Both the position numbers and the translations under genes were made by a program. A stretch of 40,506 nt of DNA from an uncultured Methanosarcinales archaeon (GTDB taxonomy: Archaea; Nanobdellota; Nanobdellia; Woesearchaeales; CAZKBD01): contig CAZKBD010000007.1 of assembly GCA_964550945.1 (NCBI GenBank), positions 1-40,506 of the forward strand. The letters run 5' to 3'. Below, piece by piece: positions 8,277 through 16,347 of this stretch. Position 1 is the first letter of the stretch, and the number at the start of each line of letters is the position of its first letter. Below the pieces are notes generated by a model, which worked only from the letters and a program-made list of their open reading frames with translations, did not search any database and had not been told where the DNA came from.

Positions 8277-9380
8277 TTATTCTACCAGAATAAATAATGC
8301 AGTAGCAAATGTATTATATATTCTATCTTCCCACTCAAAAGAAATTTTCAACTTGTTAAAATCAATGTTTTTATTAGCATCAAGATATTTATTTATATTT
8401 TCTAATAACAATTTTTTATTTCTCTTTAATTTCCAACTTTCCTCAATGTTCTTTAAATCAACAAGTATCAGGAAAAATCTGTTTGCGGCGTCAAATCTTC
8501 TTATTCCTTGTTCCTCATACAACCATTTTATTAACTCAGCAGGGTTTTTTACAGATTCCAGAATAATATCTTTTCGTTGCTCGTGAAATTTCTTAATAAA
8601 ATCTTTAGCTTCTTTTGATGTATCTTCAGATATTTTATCTAAAAGCTCAAAAAATATTTCATCATTAGTCCCTTCTTTGTTAAATGAAATATCTTGTGTT
8701 TTTGCAAATTTTTTAAGTTCGGTTAATTCAGGTCTTAAACCTCTCTCTTTTCTTTTTTGAACCATAAACCCGTCAGGAAAATAAGTAACTTTTAAGTCAA
8801 ATGGAAAATTCTTCCAGAAAAAATCAACCTTTTTTACAAGTCCAACAGTCGGCAATAATGAAGGGTGGTCTTTAAACATATCTTCGATTAAAATAGAAGT
8901 CCAATGATTATACCATGAACACAAGATATACCCTTTCAATTTAGGATTTATGTCATTCTCAATAAGAGTGCACAACCTCTCAAAATCCTGTACTTTTTTT
9001 ATGTAATTATTGACTAAAGTTTGTTCAACAGCATTTTGATAAAATCCACCCCAATCAAACAACTTTAATTTGTATAATTGACTATAAAGAAATTCTTCGT
9101 TACCAATTCTTAATTTTCTTTCTTCATCATATTTATCATCAATAAACTTATTAAGAATTTTGTCATCTATATTTTGTGTAAATAAAAATTCAAAGAGCTT
9201 CTTATTCTCAATCTCTGAAATGTCTGTGTCTAATTTTTCAGCTAATTCTCGAAGCAAACTATTTCTCGATAATGACCTTAACTTTAAGAACAATATCCCT
9301 AACTTATGTTTAAAAATAACTTCAAACTCGTTTTCATCATAAGCTTTTTTGAGTTTTTTAAATTCATCATTTAGAGTCAT
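8277..9380 (-). CDS. putative type II restriction endonuclease
   Basis: Coupled to the MTase; PD-(D/E)xK-like VDFFW..PFDLKVT. Confidence 0.65.
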   Translation of the reverse strand: MTLNDEFKKLKKAYDENEFEVIFKHKLGILFLKLRSLSRNSLLRELAEKLDTDISEIENKKLFEFLFTQNIDDKILNKFIDDKYDEERKLRIGNEEFLYSQLYKLKLFDWGGFYQNAVEQTLVNNYIKKVQDFERLCTLIENDINPKLKGYILCSWYNHWTSILIEDMFKDHPSLLPTVGLVKKVDFFWKNFPFDLKVTYFPDGFMVQKRKERGLRPELTELKKFAKTQDISFNKEGTNDEIFFELLDKISEDTSKEAKDFIKKFHEQRKDIILESVKNPAELIKWLYEEQGIRRFDAANRFFLILVDLKNIEESWKLKRNKKLLLENINKYLDANKNIDFNKLKISFEWEDRIYNTFATALFILVE

Positions 9381-11034
9381 TCTTTATCTCCTTGCGTTGC
9401 CATTTATTACCGATTTTCGTGTAATCGCTTTTTATTATATCCAATACCTCAGATAGTTTAAAAAACTTGTTCTTTTTTAATAATTCCGTAACAAGATAAT
9501 TTAATATTTCATATATTTCTAATCCATTTCTGCTATCTCCTATACATTCGTCAATTTTCCGATAAATAAAATCCGTGTGCTTATCTAACGTCAATAATTC
9601 TATTTCTTTATGAACTTTTAATGGATTTTTTTTAAATGTAAATACAAAATCTGTTTTGAGTCCGCCATCACGATTATCTTGAACAACTGAATTTGCAGAA
9701 TATCCGAGAGTTTCAACTTTTTCTAAATCAAAGTAAAAACTATTTAACAAATTAACTAAATCAATCCATGTATCATCATCGATGCTGTTGAACATAAAAG
9801 AAAAGTATTTATTAGGTTTTAGGACTCTTTCAATTTGTTTTAAAGCTTCTTTTAAGAGATAATTATAGTTATCAAGGTTTTTCTCTCTATCTTTGGACTC
9901 GCTTATAATTATTTCGTCATCATAGTTTACGTGATTCCCTAACCACTCATTCCACATCATACTTAACTCTAAATAAGGTATTCTGTTTCCGTGTGGTGGA
10001 TCTGTTATTACATAATCCACCGAGTTATCTGGTAGTTTTTTTAATCCGGATATCGCGGACTCTGTTAATAATAACAAATTTTTTTCATTTTCCAAGTCAT
10101 TATATGTGTTGGCTTCATTTAACAAGTAACTGTTCCCTTCTTGTCCTTTTTTTGCTTTTAGTATTCTTTTAAATCTGTTCTCAAAACAGTTCCAAGCATT
10201 TATTTCAAAATTTTCTTTCGGTATCCAATATCCAATCACCCAACTTCCTACTTCTTTTCTTTCAGTTGCTCTTTCTTTTCCGTTATTTTTACCTCTTCTT
10301 TTTACGGCAAAAACCATTCTTGAAGCTTGCCCCATCGAAGATGTGAATGTAAATTTTAATATATCCCTAATTTCCTCATCCTGAATTTGATTAATCGCGT
10401 TTAATAAAAAAGATAGTGATGTTAAATTTCTTGGAGTAAATAAATCATAAACGTGCTGTTCTCTTTTTGCATTTATTCTAGAATTATGAAATAAATTTCT
10501 TTTAGGGTAATAATATGGAATATTCTCAACTTTGAAAGATTCTGCTAGTTTAATATCGTTTTCCAAAGGTTGTTCTACAATTTTGGTCTTACCCTTAGTA
10601 AACCAAATTTCAGACAAAGTTCCATTTTCCCAATAAAAATGCGTGCCAATATATGGCTTTCCATCACGAACAACAACATAATTATTGTTTATTTCATCTT
10701 TACATTTAGATTCAATCTGTTTAAATGCATTTAATAATTCCTTTGAAGAAACTTTTCTAAGCATTTGTTTTGTTATAAATATTGCAGAAGGATTAATATC
10801 TATTCCAATAGCTTTTCTTTTGGTAAAAATTGATTCAGTAATAGAAATACCCGAACCGCAGAAAGGATCAACAACTATCTCATTTGCTTTACTATATTTT
10901 AAAATAAAATCTCTAATAATATTATTTGGTTTTTTTGACCAATATTTATGCATGGAATAAATACCTGTGTAAGTCTTTGCGGTATGATTATTTGTTTCAG
11001 GCTTTTCTAAAAGTGTAGTTTGAATCGCAGTCAT
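9367..11034 (-). CDS. amino-(N6A/N4C) DNA methyltransferase
   Basis: HKYWSKKP, motif I DPFCGSG, motif IV variant ITDPPH, RVLKP. Confidence 0.88.
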   Translation of the reverse strand: MTAIQTTLLEKPETNNHTAKTYTGIYSMHKYWSKKPNNIIRDFILKYSKANEIVVDPFCGSGISITESIFTKRKAIGIDINPSAIFITKQMLRKVSSKELLNAFKQIESKCKDEINNNYVVVRDGKPYIGTHFYWENGTLSEIWFTKGKTKIVEQPLENDIKLAESFKVENIPYYYPKRNLFHNSRINAKREQHVYDLFTPRNLTSLSFLLNAINQIQDEEIRDILKFTFTSSMGQASRMVFAVKRRGKNNGKERATERKEVGSWVIGYWIPKENFEINAWNCFENRFKRILKAKKGQEGNSYLLNEANTYNDLENEKNLLLLTESAISGLKKLPDNSVDYVITDPPHGNRIPYLELSMMWNEWLGNHVNYDDEIIISESKDREKNLDNYNYLLKEALKQIERVLKPNKYFSFMFNSIDDDTWIDLVNLLNSFYFDLEKVETLGYSANSVVQDNRDGGLKTDFVFTFKKNPLKVHKEIELLTLDKHTDFIYRKIDECIGDSRNGLEIYEILNYLVTELLKKNKFFKLSEVLDIIKSDYTKIGNKWQRKEIKNDSK

Positions 11035-11035
11035 A

Positions 11036-11311
11036 TTATCCTCTTTTATTGTTTAATTTATCTAAGTTTGAAAAAATAGTATTAATTGTATTCTTATCAA
11101 CGATTTCATAATACTTTAATTTTTTCTTTCGATAAGCGTGAATCAATCCTCCGCTTTCAAGTTTCTTTAATGAGTGAGTTATTACACTACTCTCAATATT
11201 GAGTTTTTTGGCAAGACTAATTGTATAATCTGGATTTTTTAGTAATATATTTAATATTTTATAACGAGTATCACAAGCAAGTAATTTTAACATTTGTATA
11301 CGTCCATTCAT
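11036..11311 (-). CDS. ArsR-like wHTH regulator of the R-M operon
   Basis: DTRYKILNIL..LAKKLNIESSVITHSLKKLESGGLI. Confidence 0.8.
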   Translation of the reverse strand: MNGRIQMLKLLACDTRYKILNILLKNPDYTISLAKKLNIESSVITHSLKKLESGGLIHAYRKKKLKYYEIVDKNTINTIFSNLDKLNNKRG

Positions 11312-11333
11312 ATGTTGGGATATGCATTTATTC

Positions 11334-11365
11334 TTTAAATATCTTTCGTTAAGATGTCCAGTGGT
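11334..11365 (-). promoter_or_regulatory. CACTGGACAT-N12-TATA promoter of the R-M operon
   Basis: Plus strand TTTAAATA(11334)-N12-ATGTCCAGTG(11354); ATG about 23 nt downstream of TATA. Confidence 0.55.
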
Positions 11366-11420
11366 TCGTTGTTCGTTCGCCCCACCCCCTCATCGTCTAA
11401 AGTAAGTAAAAATTGGGTTT

Positions 11421-11528
11421 AATGAAATGAAACCTATATTGGTAAGATTGTGGTGATGTGAATGACAGATGAAGAAAAATACACATCTTTTTTAAAAAAA
11501 TTATTTCTTTTTCTTTTGGTTTTTGCTG
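11421..11528 (+). repeat. ~108-bp imperfect direct repeat, copy 1
   Basis: AATGAAATGAAACCTATATTGGTAAGATTG...GATGTGAATGACAGAT... matches 18375-18481. Confidence 0.85.
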
Positions 11529-11532
11529 TCCA

Positions 11533-11637
11533 TCACTTTATCCATGATATTGCCAATAATTCAGCATCTGATAAAGAATCTCCCCTTTTCAACCTTTCCC
11601 TTGGCCTTTGCTCTAAACTTATCTCTTTAAGCATCAT
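11533..11637 (-). pseudogene. radC: radC 5' remnant
   Basis: MMLKEISLEQRPRERLKRGDSLSDAELLAI matches the N-terminus of intact RadC (EISLDQRPRERLK..LNDAEILA). Confidence 0.8.
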
Positions 11638-11846
11638 GCTATACAACCCTCAAACATGTCTATCGATAATTTAGATGAGACAGTTGGTATCTGCTTATTG
11701 TCTTTCTTCACCAGCTTGATCAAGCCTATACCTTCAAAGTATTTTATGTTCCTGAAAACCACTTCATAAGGCTTATCCAGCTCTTTTGCAAGCTGGTAGA
11801 TGCTCTTGATATCATTTTTATAGATCTTCTGCATGTATTTGCACAA
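11634..11846 (-). pseudogene. wHTH DNA-binding protein (HVO_A0114-like), probably 5'-truncated
   Basis: SIYQLAKELDKPYEVVFRNIKYFEGIGLIKL; ATGA-coupled to the radC remnant. Confidence 0.6.
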
Positions 11847-11867
11847 GTTATCAATTCCAGGTAATAC

Positions 11868-12137
11868 TCACCCAAACACATCATCCCAATGCCGTATATC
11901 AACAAATACTATATGATCATCTTCAACTGCAAACAAAAGGATGTAATTGTCTGTTAAGTGTATCCGTTTGAATTCATTCATCGGTGATTTGAGATTCTTG
12001 TACGCATTTATTGTATTCTTGTCCCTATGGATTATCTCTTGCACCTTCTTATAGAAATTGCCTGCCAGCACATTATCTTTTTTTCCGATCTTCTCTAACT
12101 TTTTCCTAAGAACATCAGAAAAATCATAGCTGAACAT
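11868..12137 (-). CDS. RelE/YafQ-like toxin
   Basis: 89 aa; YKNLKSPMNEFKRIH..ILLF...HWD; directly downstream of the antitoxin. Confidence 0.8.
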   Translation of the reverse strand: MFSYDFSDVLRKKLEKIGKKDNVLAGNFYKKVQEIIHRDKNTINAYKNLKSPMNEFKRIHLTDNYILLFAVEDDHIVFVDIRHWDDVFG

Positions 12138-12138
12138 C

Positions 12139-12390
12139 TTAAATACCTAAACGTTTCTTCAGCTCTTTATCAGTCATTTTTCTGCCGGAATTATTCTTCT
12201 TATGTTGTTCATATATTGCGTCTAATTCTCTTAATACTAATTCATTCGCGATTGGCTCGACATAATCATTTCCTGCTTCTACAGTAAACTTACTCAATGC
12301 CTCGCTTCTGTTCTTTAGCCCGTATTTGCCTTTAATGACATCCAACACACGTATAGTGTATTCATCCATCTCTAATCTTGCTTGTGTCAC
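12139..12390 (-). CDS. DUF2683-like antitoxin
   Basis: RVLDVIKGKYGLKNRSEAL; GGTGA RBS, GTG start. Confidence 0.75.
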   Translation of the reverse strand: MTQARLEMDEYTIRVLDVIKGKYGLKNRSEALSKFTVEAGNDYVEPIANELVLRELDAIYEQHKKNNSGRKMTDKELKKRLGI

Positions 12391-12416
12391 ATTTAATCAC
12401 CTTTGCTCACAATTAA

Positions 12417-12533
12417 TCACTTAATACTTATAAATCTTTCCTTTCCCGCTCCGAAAATATACATGCAAATAAATGCCCATGGGCTAAGCAAAACTCCGAT
12501 TATATATTTTGGAAAACCAATTCCTATTCCCAT
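12417..12533 (-). CDS. 38-aa hydrophobic peptide, possibly a truncated membrane protein
   Basis: MGIGIGFPKYIIGVLLSPWAFICMYIFGAG.. begins 1 nt after the thermonuclease stop and ends inside the TA promoter. Confidence 0.35.
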   Translation of the reverse strand: MGIGIGFPKYIIGVLLSPWAFICMYIFGAGKERFISIK

Positions 12534-12534
12534 C

Positions 12535-12804
12535 TTAACTCATCAACCTTCTACGAACATTCATCCTCCTTGAATAAACATCAGCAACAGTCCTTCCGTA
12601 GCTTCTTCCTACTGGTTTTACCGTAACTGTTCTTCCTCCAATAAGGCCCCTTAATCTGTTTGTAGCGGTTCTTCCCTCTCTTGTGTTTCTCTCAGGCGCA
12701 TTATATCCAGCTAACCTTACTCTATTGCTTCCACCTATTTTTCGATATGTTTGGAAGGTATCCCCATCAATAACTTGTTTTACTCTTCTTCTCATTTTCA
12801 TCAC
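12535..12804 (-). CDS. short thermonuclease (SNase)-like protein
   Basis: VKQVIDGDTF, VRLAGYNAPE, YGRTVADVY. Confidence 0.8.
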   Translation of the reverse strand: MMKMRRRVKQVIDGDTFQTYRKIGGSNRVRLAGYNAPERNTREGRTATNRLRGLIGGRTVTVKPVGRSYGRTVADVYSRRMNVRRRLMS

Positions 12805-12845
12805 CTAAATTAGAGATAATTAACCTGATTTTATAAATATTTGTA

Positions 12846-12879
12846 AGTTATAGTTTACATAACTATGCTAAGTGTAAAC
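12846..12879. promoter_or_regulatory. inverted repeats between divergent TATA boxes
   Basis: GTTTACA(12853)...TGTAAAC(12873) and AGTTAT/ATAACT. Confidence 0.4.
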
Positions 12880-12918
12880 CAAAACATTTATATATTAGAA
12901 ACCAAATAACTACAATTT

Positions 12919-13773
12919 ATGGAACGAAAATCCCCTTCTGAGATTATTCCAACAATAATCAACTCTCTAAAGAAAGGAGAACAAACATTAAGCCAATTAA
13001 GCAGGTCATCAAAAGTAAATAGGGTAACTCTTTCTCAATATATCTCGGCTTTTGAAGAATCAGGAATAATAATAACAAGGAAAGAAGCAAAAGAAAGACA
13101 TATTCAACTAAGAAACAATTCTGATTCTTATTTTGATCTACCAATAAAAGAGCAAGACAAAAAGACAATGCAGACAATATATTCAATAATAAAAAAGACT
13201 TGCCTTAGAATATACAAAAAAGAACAAGACCTTAATCTTCCAATCGGTTGGTATCAGCATGGCCCTTGCTCAGTATTAATATATAACGGAAATGAGAGCG
13301 AGCATTTCAAATTAGGCTACACTAAAAAGATACAAGAAAAAGCCAGCGAATACTGCAAATTGGAACCTATAGAACTACAAAAGGAGATTTATAAGAAATA
13401 TAACAACAAACTTTATAGATTTAAAGAGGATATCAAATCGGGCCAGAATCTAGATCCCATGGAACTAATCAAATTAGTGCCACAAGAAACAATAGAAGTG
13501 ACAACAGATTTTGTAAGGGCAACAATGATTTTAGGCTGGGATAAAACACGAGAAATATTTTTAGGTGATTTTTGGAAGTACATCTCTCTAGTAAATTTTA
13601 AAGAGTCTTTACGAGCCTATTATGGCAATAAAATAGAGAGTTATCTAAAAGAAAGGATTCAGAATAGAAAAGAAGAAGCAGAAGAACGGATAAGTACAAC
13701 AATCTTAGAATACACAGACTCTAAACATTCTCAGGATAAGTTATATCAAAGATGGGTGAAAGGGAAGAGATAA
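12919..13773 (+). CDS. wHTH protein with possible Panacea/DUF4065-like domain
   Basis: N-terminal wHTH (TLSQLSRSSKVNRVTLSQY); GWYQHGP motif. Confidence 0.55.
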   Translation: MERKSPSEIIPTIINSLKKGEQTLSQLSRSSKVNRVTLSQYISAFEESGIIITRKEAKERHIQLRNNSDSYFDLPIKEQDKKTMQTIYSIIKKTCLRIYKKEQDLNLPIGWYQHGPCSVLIYNGNESEHFKLGYTKKIQEKASEYCKLEPIELQKEIYKKYNNKLYRFKEDIKSGQNLDPMELIKLVPQETIEVTTDFVRATMILGWDKTREIFLGDFWKYISLVNFKESLRAYYGNKIESYLKERIQNRKEEAEERISTTILEYTDSKHSQDKLYQRWVKGKR

Positions 13774-14107
13774 ATTTGTGATCGAGCGTAATTATCTTAT
13801 CACAGCCTGATCTCTTTGCAATTATATAATGAAGATAATCCTGCCAGTTTTCTTTTGTTTTGGCGTTCTTTAATTCATCTTCTGTATGTTCAACAAAATA
13901 ATATTTCTTTCTTTTCTTAAACTCGTCAAAAACCAGAGGATATTCACTGTCTAAACCTCTTTTCTTAAGCTCAGATCTAACCCAATCAGAAACAACCAGT
14001 TCAAAAGCACAGTTCCAACCCTTAGAAAAAAACTCAAAAGCTAAAGCAGACTTACTACCTCCTTCAAAAAGATCAACATAAACACAAGTATCAACATAGA
14101 CCTTCAT
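13721..14107 (-). CDS. PIN domain (VapC-like) protein
   Basis: KVYVDTCVY, E in WVRSEL, DYLHY, ITLD. Confidence 0.85.
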   Translation of the reverse strand: MKVYVDTCVYVDLFEGGSKSALAFEFFSKGWNCAFELVVSDWVRSELKKRGLDSEYPLVFDEFKKRKKYYFVEHTEDELKNAKTKENWQDYLHYIIAKRSGCDKIITLDHKFISSLSPIFDITYPENV

Positions 14108-14744
14108 ATCTATCACTTCCTATGATTATATGATCCAAAACTTTAATCCCAACCATATCTCCTGCTTCTTTCATCTTCTCAGTAATCTCCAAATCTTCAC
14201 TACTGGCTCTACAATCCCCACTAGGATGATTATGCACCAATATAATTGCATTAGCACTGTTCTTAATAGCTTCTTTAAAGACTTCTCTTGGATGGACTAA
14301 AGAAGAATTCAATGTTCCAATTGAAATAACTTCATCCTTTATGATCTTGTTCTTTGAATCAAGAAAGACAGCAATAAAATACTCTTTTTTCTTGTCTTTT
14401 AGTTTTTCCATGTAATAATCTGCTATGTCAGAGGCTGAATTAATAACTTTCTCACATATTCTTCCACCATTTACCCTTTTGCTTAATTCAAAAGCAGCAA
14501 TTATCTTACACGCTTTTGCAATTCCAATTCCTTTTATATTCATCAATTCAGTTAAACCAAGAGTATTAAATTGATCTAAACCATATGTAGAGATTAACCT
14601 ATTGCTCATATCAATAACACTTTCTCCTTTAAAACCGCTCTGTAATAGAACTGCTAAGATTTCAGCATCATTTAAAGCTTCTACCCCTTTTTGCTTCAGC
14701 CTTTCCCTTGGCCTTTGATCTAAACTTATTTCCATTATTTTCAT
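14091..14744 (-). CDS. radC: RadC family JAB/MPN protein
   Basis: RPRERL, KGIGIAKA (HhH), VHPREVF, HNHPSGD, LDHIII. Confidence 0.95.
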   Translation of the reverse strand: MKIMEISLDQRPRERLKQKGVEALNDAEILAVLLQSGFKGESVIDMSNRLISTYGLDQFNTLGLTELMNIKGIGIAKACKIIAAFELSKRVNGGRICEKVINSASDIADYYMEKLKDKKKEYFIAVFLDSKNKIIKDEVISIGTLNSSLVHPREVFKEAIKNSANAIILVHNHPSGDCRASSEDLEITEKMKEAGDMVGIKVLDHIIIGSDRYEGLC

Positions 14745-15757
14745 AATAATCTCTCAATCTCTCTCCTTTCCCGAAGAATCTCCTCTTTTAGCTCTTCCTC
14801 AGTAGGCAGGTAGAGTTTATACTTAGAAGCAAATATTTTCCTATTCTTTTCTAATAATGTATATTTGACCATTGATTCATTCTTATCACTGCATAATATT
14901 ATTCCTATTGTTGGATTATCTCCCTCTCTTTTCTCATTCTTTTCAAAATACCTTGCATAGAAGTCCATCTGCCCGATATCCTGGTGGCTTAATTTTCCCA
15001 CTTTCAGATCTATCAATACAAAGCATTTCAATATATAATTATAGAACACCAGATCGATATAGAAATGGTCTCCATCAAGAGTTAATCTTTTCTGCCTTGC
15101 AACAAAAGAGAATCCTTTGCCCAGCTCAAGCAGGAACTTCTGCAGCTTATTTATTATAGCCTGTTCAATATCCTTCTCAAGATGATCCTTATTTTCGCTT
15201 AACTCTAGAAATTCCAGAACATAGGGGTCTTTTATCAAATCATTAGGTGCCTGAATCACTTGGCCCTTTAGAGATAGCTCTTTTACCTTATTTTTATTTT
15301 TACTTAGCGCAATTCTTTCATATAATAGAGAGTTTATCTGTCTTTCAAGCTCTCTTGTGCTCCAATTATTGTTTATGCATTCAATCATATAGAAGTTCCT
15401 GATATCCTCTTTGTCTATTTTTAATAGAGTACGATAATGGGTCCAGCTCAATTCGCCACGCAGTGCGTGACTATTTTTAAAAGTCAGATAAAACTGCCTG
15501 ATATACTTCAAGTTCGTTTTATTGAATCCTTCACCGTACTCCATAATGAGTTTTTTAGAAAGATCTTCAATTAATCTATCTCCGTATCCTGCTCTTTTCT
15601 CGCCTTTCTGCTCTTCTTCAACTATGACTTTCCCGATATTCCAGTATGCTCTGACCATTGCAAAATTTACTGCTTTGTATGCGTTTACCCTTGCATTTTC
15701 CAGGATTGCCCTTATGGATTGATATATGGGTTCAAAATCATTTTTCTTAGGTTGCAT
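14741..15757 (-). CDS. yhcG: YhcG/DUF1016 PD-(D/E)xK nuclease
   Basis: YWNIG, LSWTHY, KDPYVLEFL, FLLELGKGF, IDLVFY..IDLK, GQMDFY. Confidence 0.92.
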   Translation of the reverse strand: MQPKKNDFEPIYQSIRAILENARVNAYKAVNFAMVRAYWNIGKVIVEEEQKGEKRAGYGDRLIEDLSKKLIMEYGEGFNKTNLKYIRQFYLTFKNSHALRGELSWTHYRTLLKIDKEDIRNFYMIECINNNWSTRELERQINSLLYERIALSKNKNKVKELSLKGQVIQAPNDLIKDPYVLEFLELSENKDHLEKDIEQAIINKLQKFLLELGKGFSFVARQKRLTLDGDHFYIDLVFYNYILKCFVLIDLKVGKLSHQDIGQMDFYARYFEKNEKREGDNPTIGIILCSDKNESMVKYTLLEKNRKIFASKYKLYLPTEEELKEEILRERREIERLL

Positions 15758-15763
15758 AATTTA

Positions 15764-16045
15764 TCACCAGTATTTTCCAGACAGTGTCTGGAATATCTTA
15801 TATTTAATTTGTCTCAGGTAGACCTTGCTCTTGCTAAACCCTTTGCCGTGCTTTAAATCTTTAGATAGCTTAGATAATAACTCAGAGCCGTATTGAGCCT
15901 TCTTTTTCCCTTCTTGCTTATATTTAACAATCTCCCAATAAGTTTTGACAAGGATAGAATTTACTGCAGAATAAGCTTGTTTTCTGCCTTTTTCCAGTAA
16001 TTTGCCTATATTATCTATTAATTTTTTATATCTCATCCAACTCAC
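15764..16045 (-). pseudogene. YhcG/DUF1016 N-terminal fragment with internal deletions
   Basis: AVNSILVKTYWEI, AQYGSELL, KGFSKS, FQTLSGK. Confidence 0.8.
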
Positions 16046-16175
16046 CTCTTTGCTATTCGCTTTTTATGTCAAAAATCACCTATTGCAGGTGAGTAGCGAT
16101 GATTAACTAACATTATCTGTGTGGTTTTTGAGCATGCTCAGAATTCCTTGAATTCTGACATTTCAGACGAGGTGA
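16042..16175. repeat. nested palindromic element / structured leader
   Basis: TCACCTC...GAGGTGA; ATGTCA...TGACAT; TCACCT-ATTGC-AGGTGA; TGAGCATGCTCA; TCAGAATTC-CTT-GAATTCTGA. Confidence 0.55.
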
Positions 16176-16195
16176 TTATTAGTAAGGAATCCTTA

Positions 16196-16324
16196 TTTAA
16201 ATACCTTATCCGTGCATGTCCAGTGTCCAGTGGTGCTTGGAGACAAAAGTAGATTTAAAATAAATTATTTTCAATATTGAAAATAAACCATTAGCACTGG
16301 ACATGGACGCGTAGCCTTTATAAA
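16196..16324. promoter_or_regulatory. divergent promoters, each with CACTGGACAT-N12-TATA, around a 22-bp palindrome
   Basis: CATGTCCAGTG (16215) and CACTGGACATG (16295); TTATTTTCAATATTGAAAATAA (16265-16286). Confidence 0.6.
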
Positions 16325-16347
16325 TGGAGTATATCTTCTTAGGCATC

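Noticed and set aside
2500..8300. CRISPR-Cas locus implied by the Csa3-like CARF gene
   Set aside because: No repeat-spacer array or cas genes seen anywhere in the window
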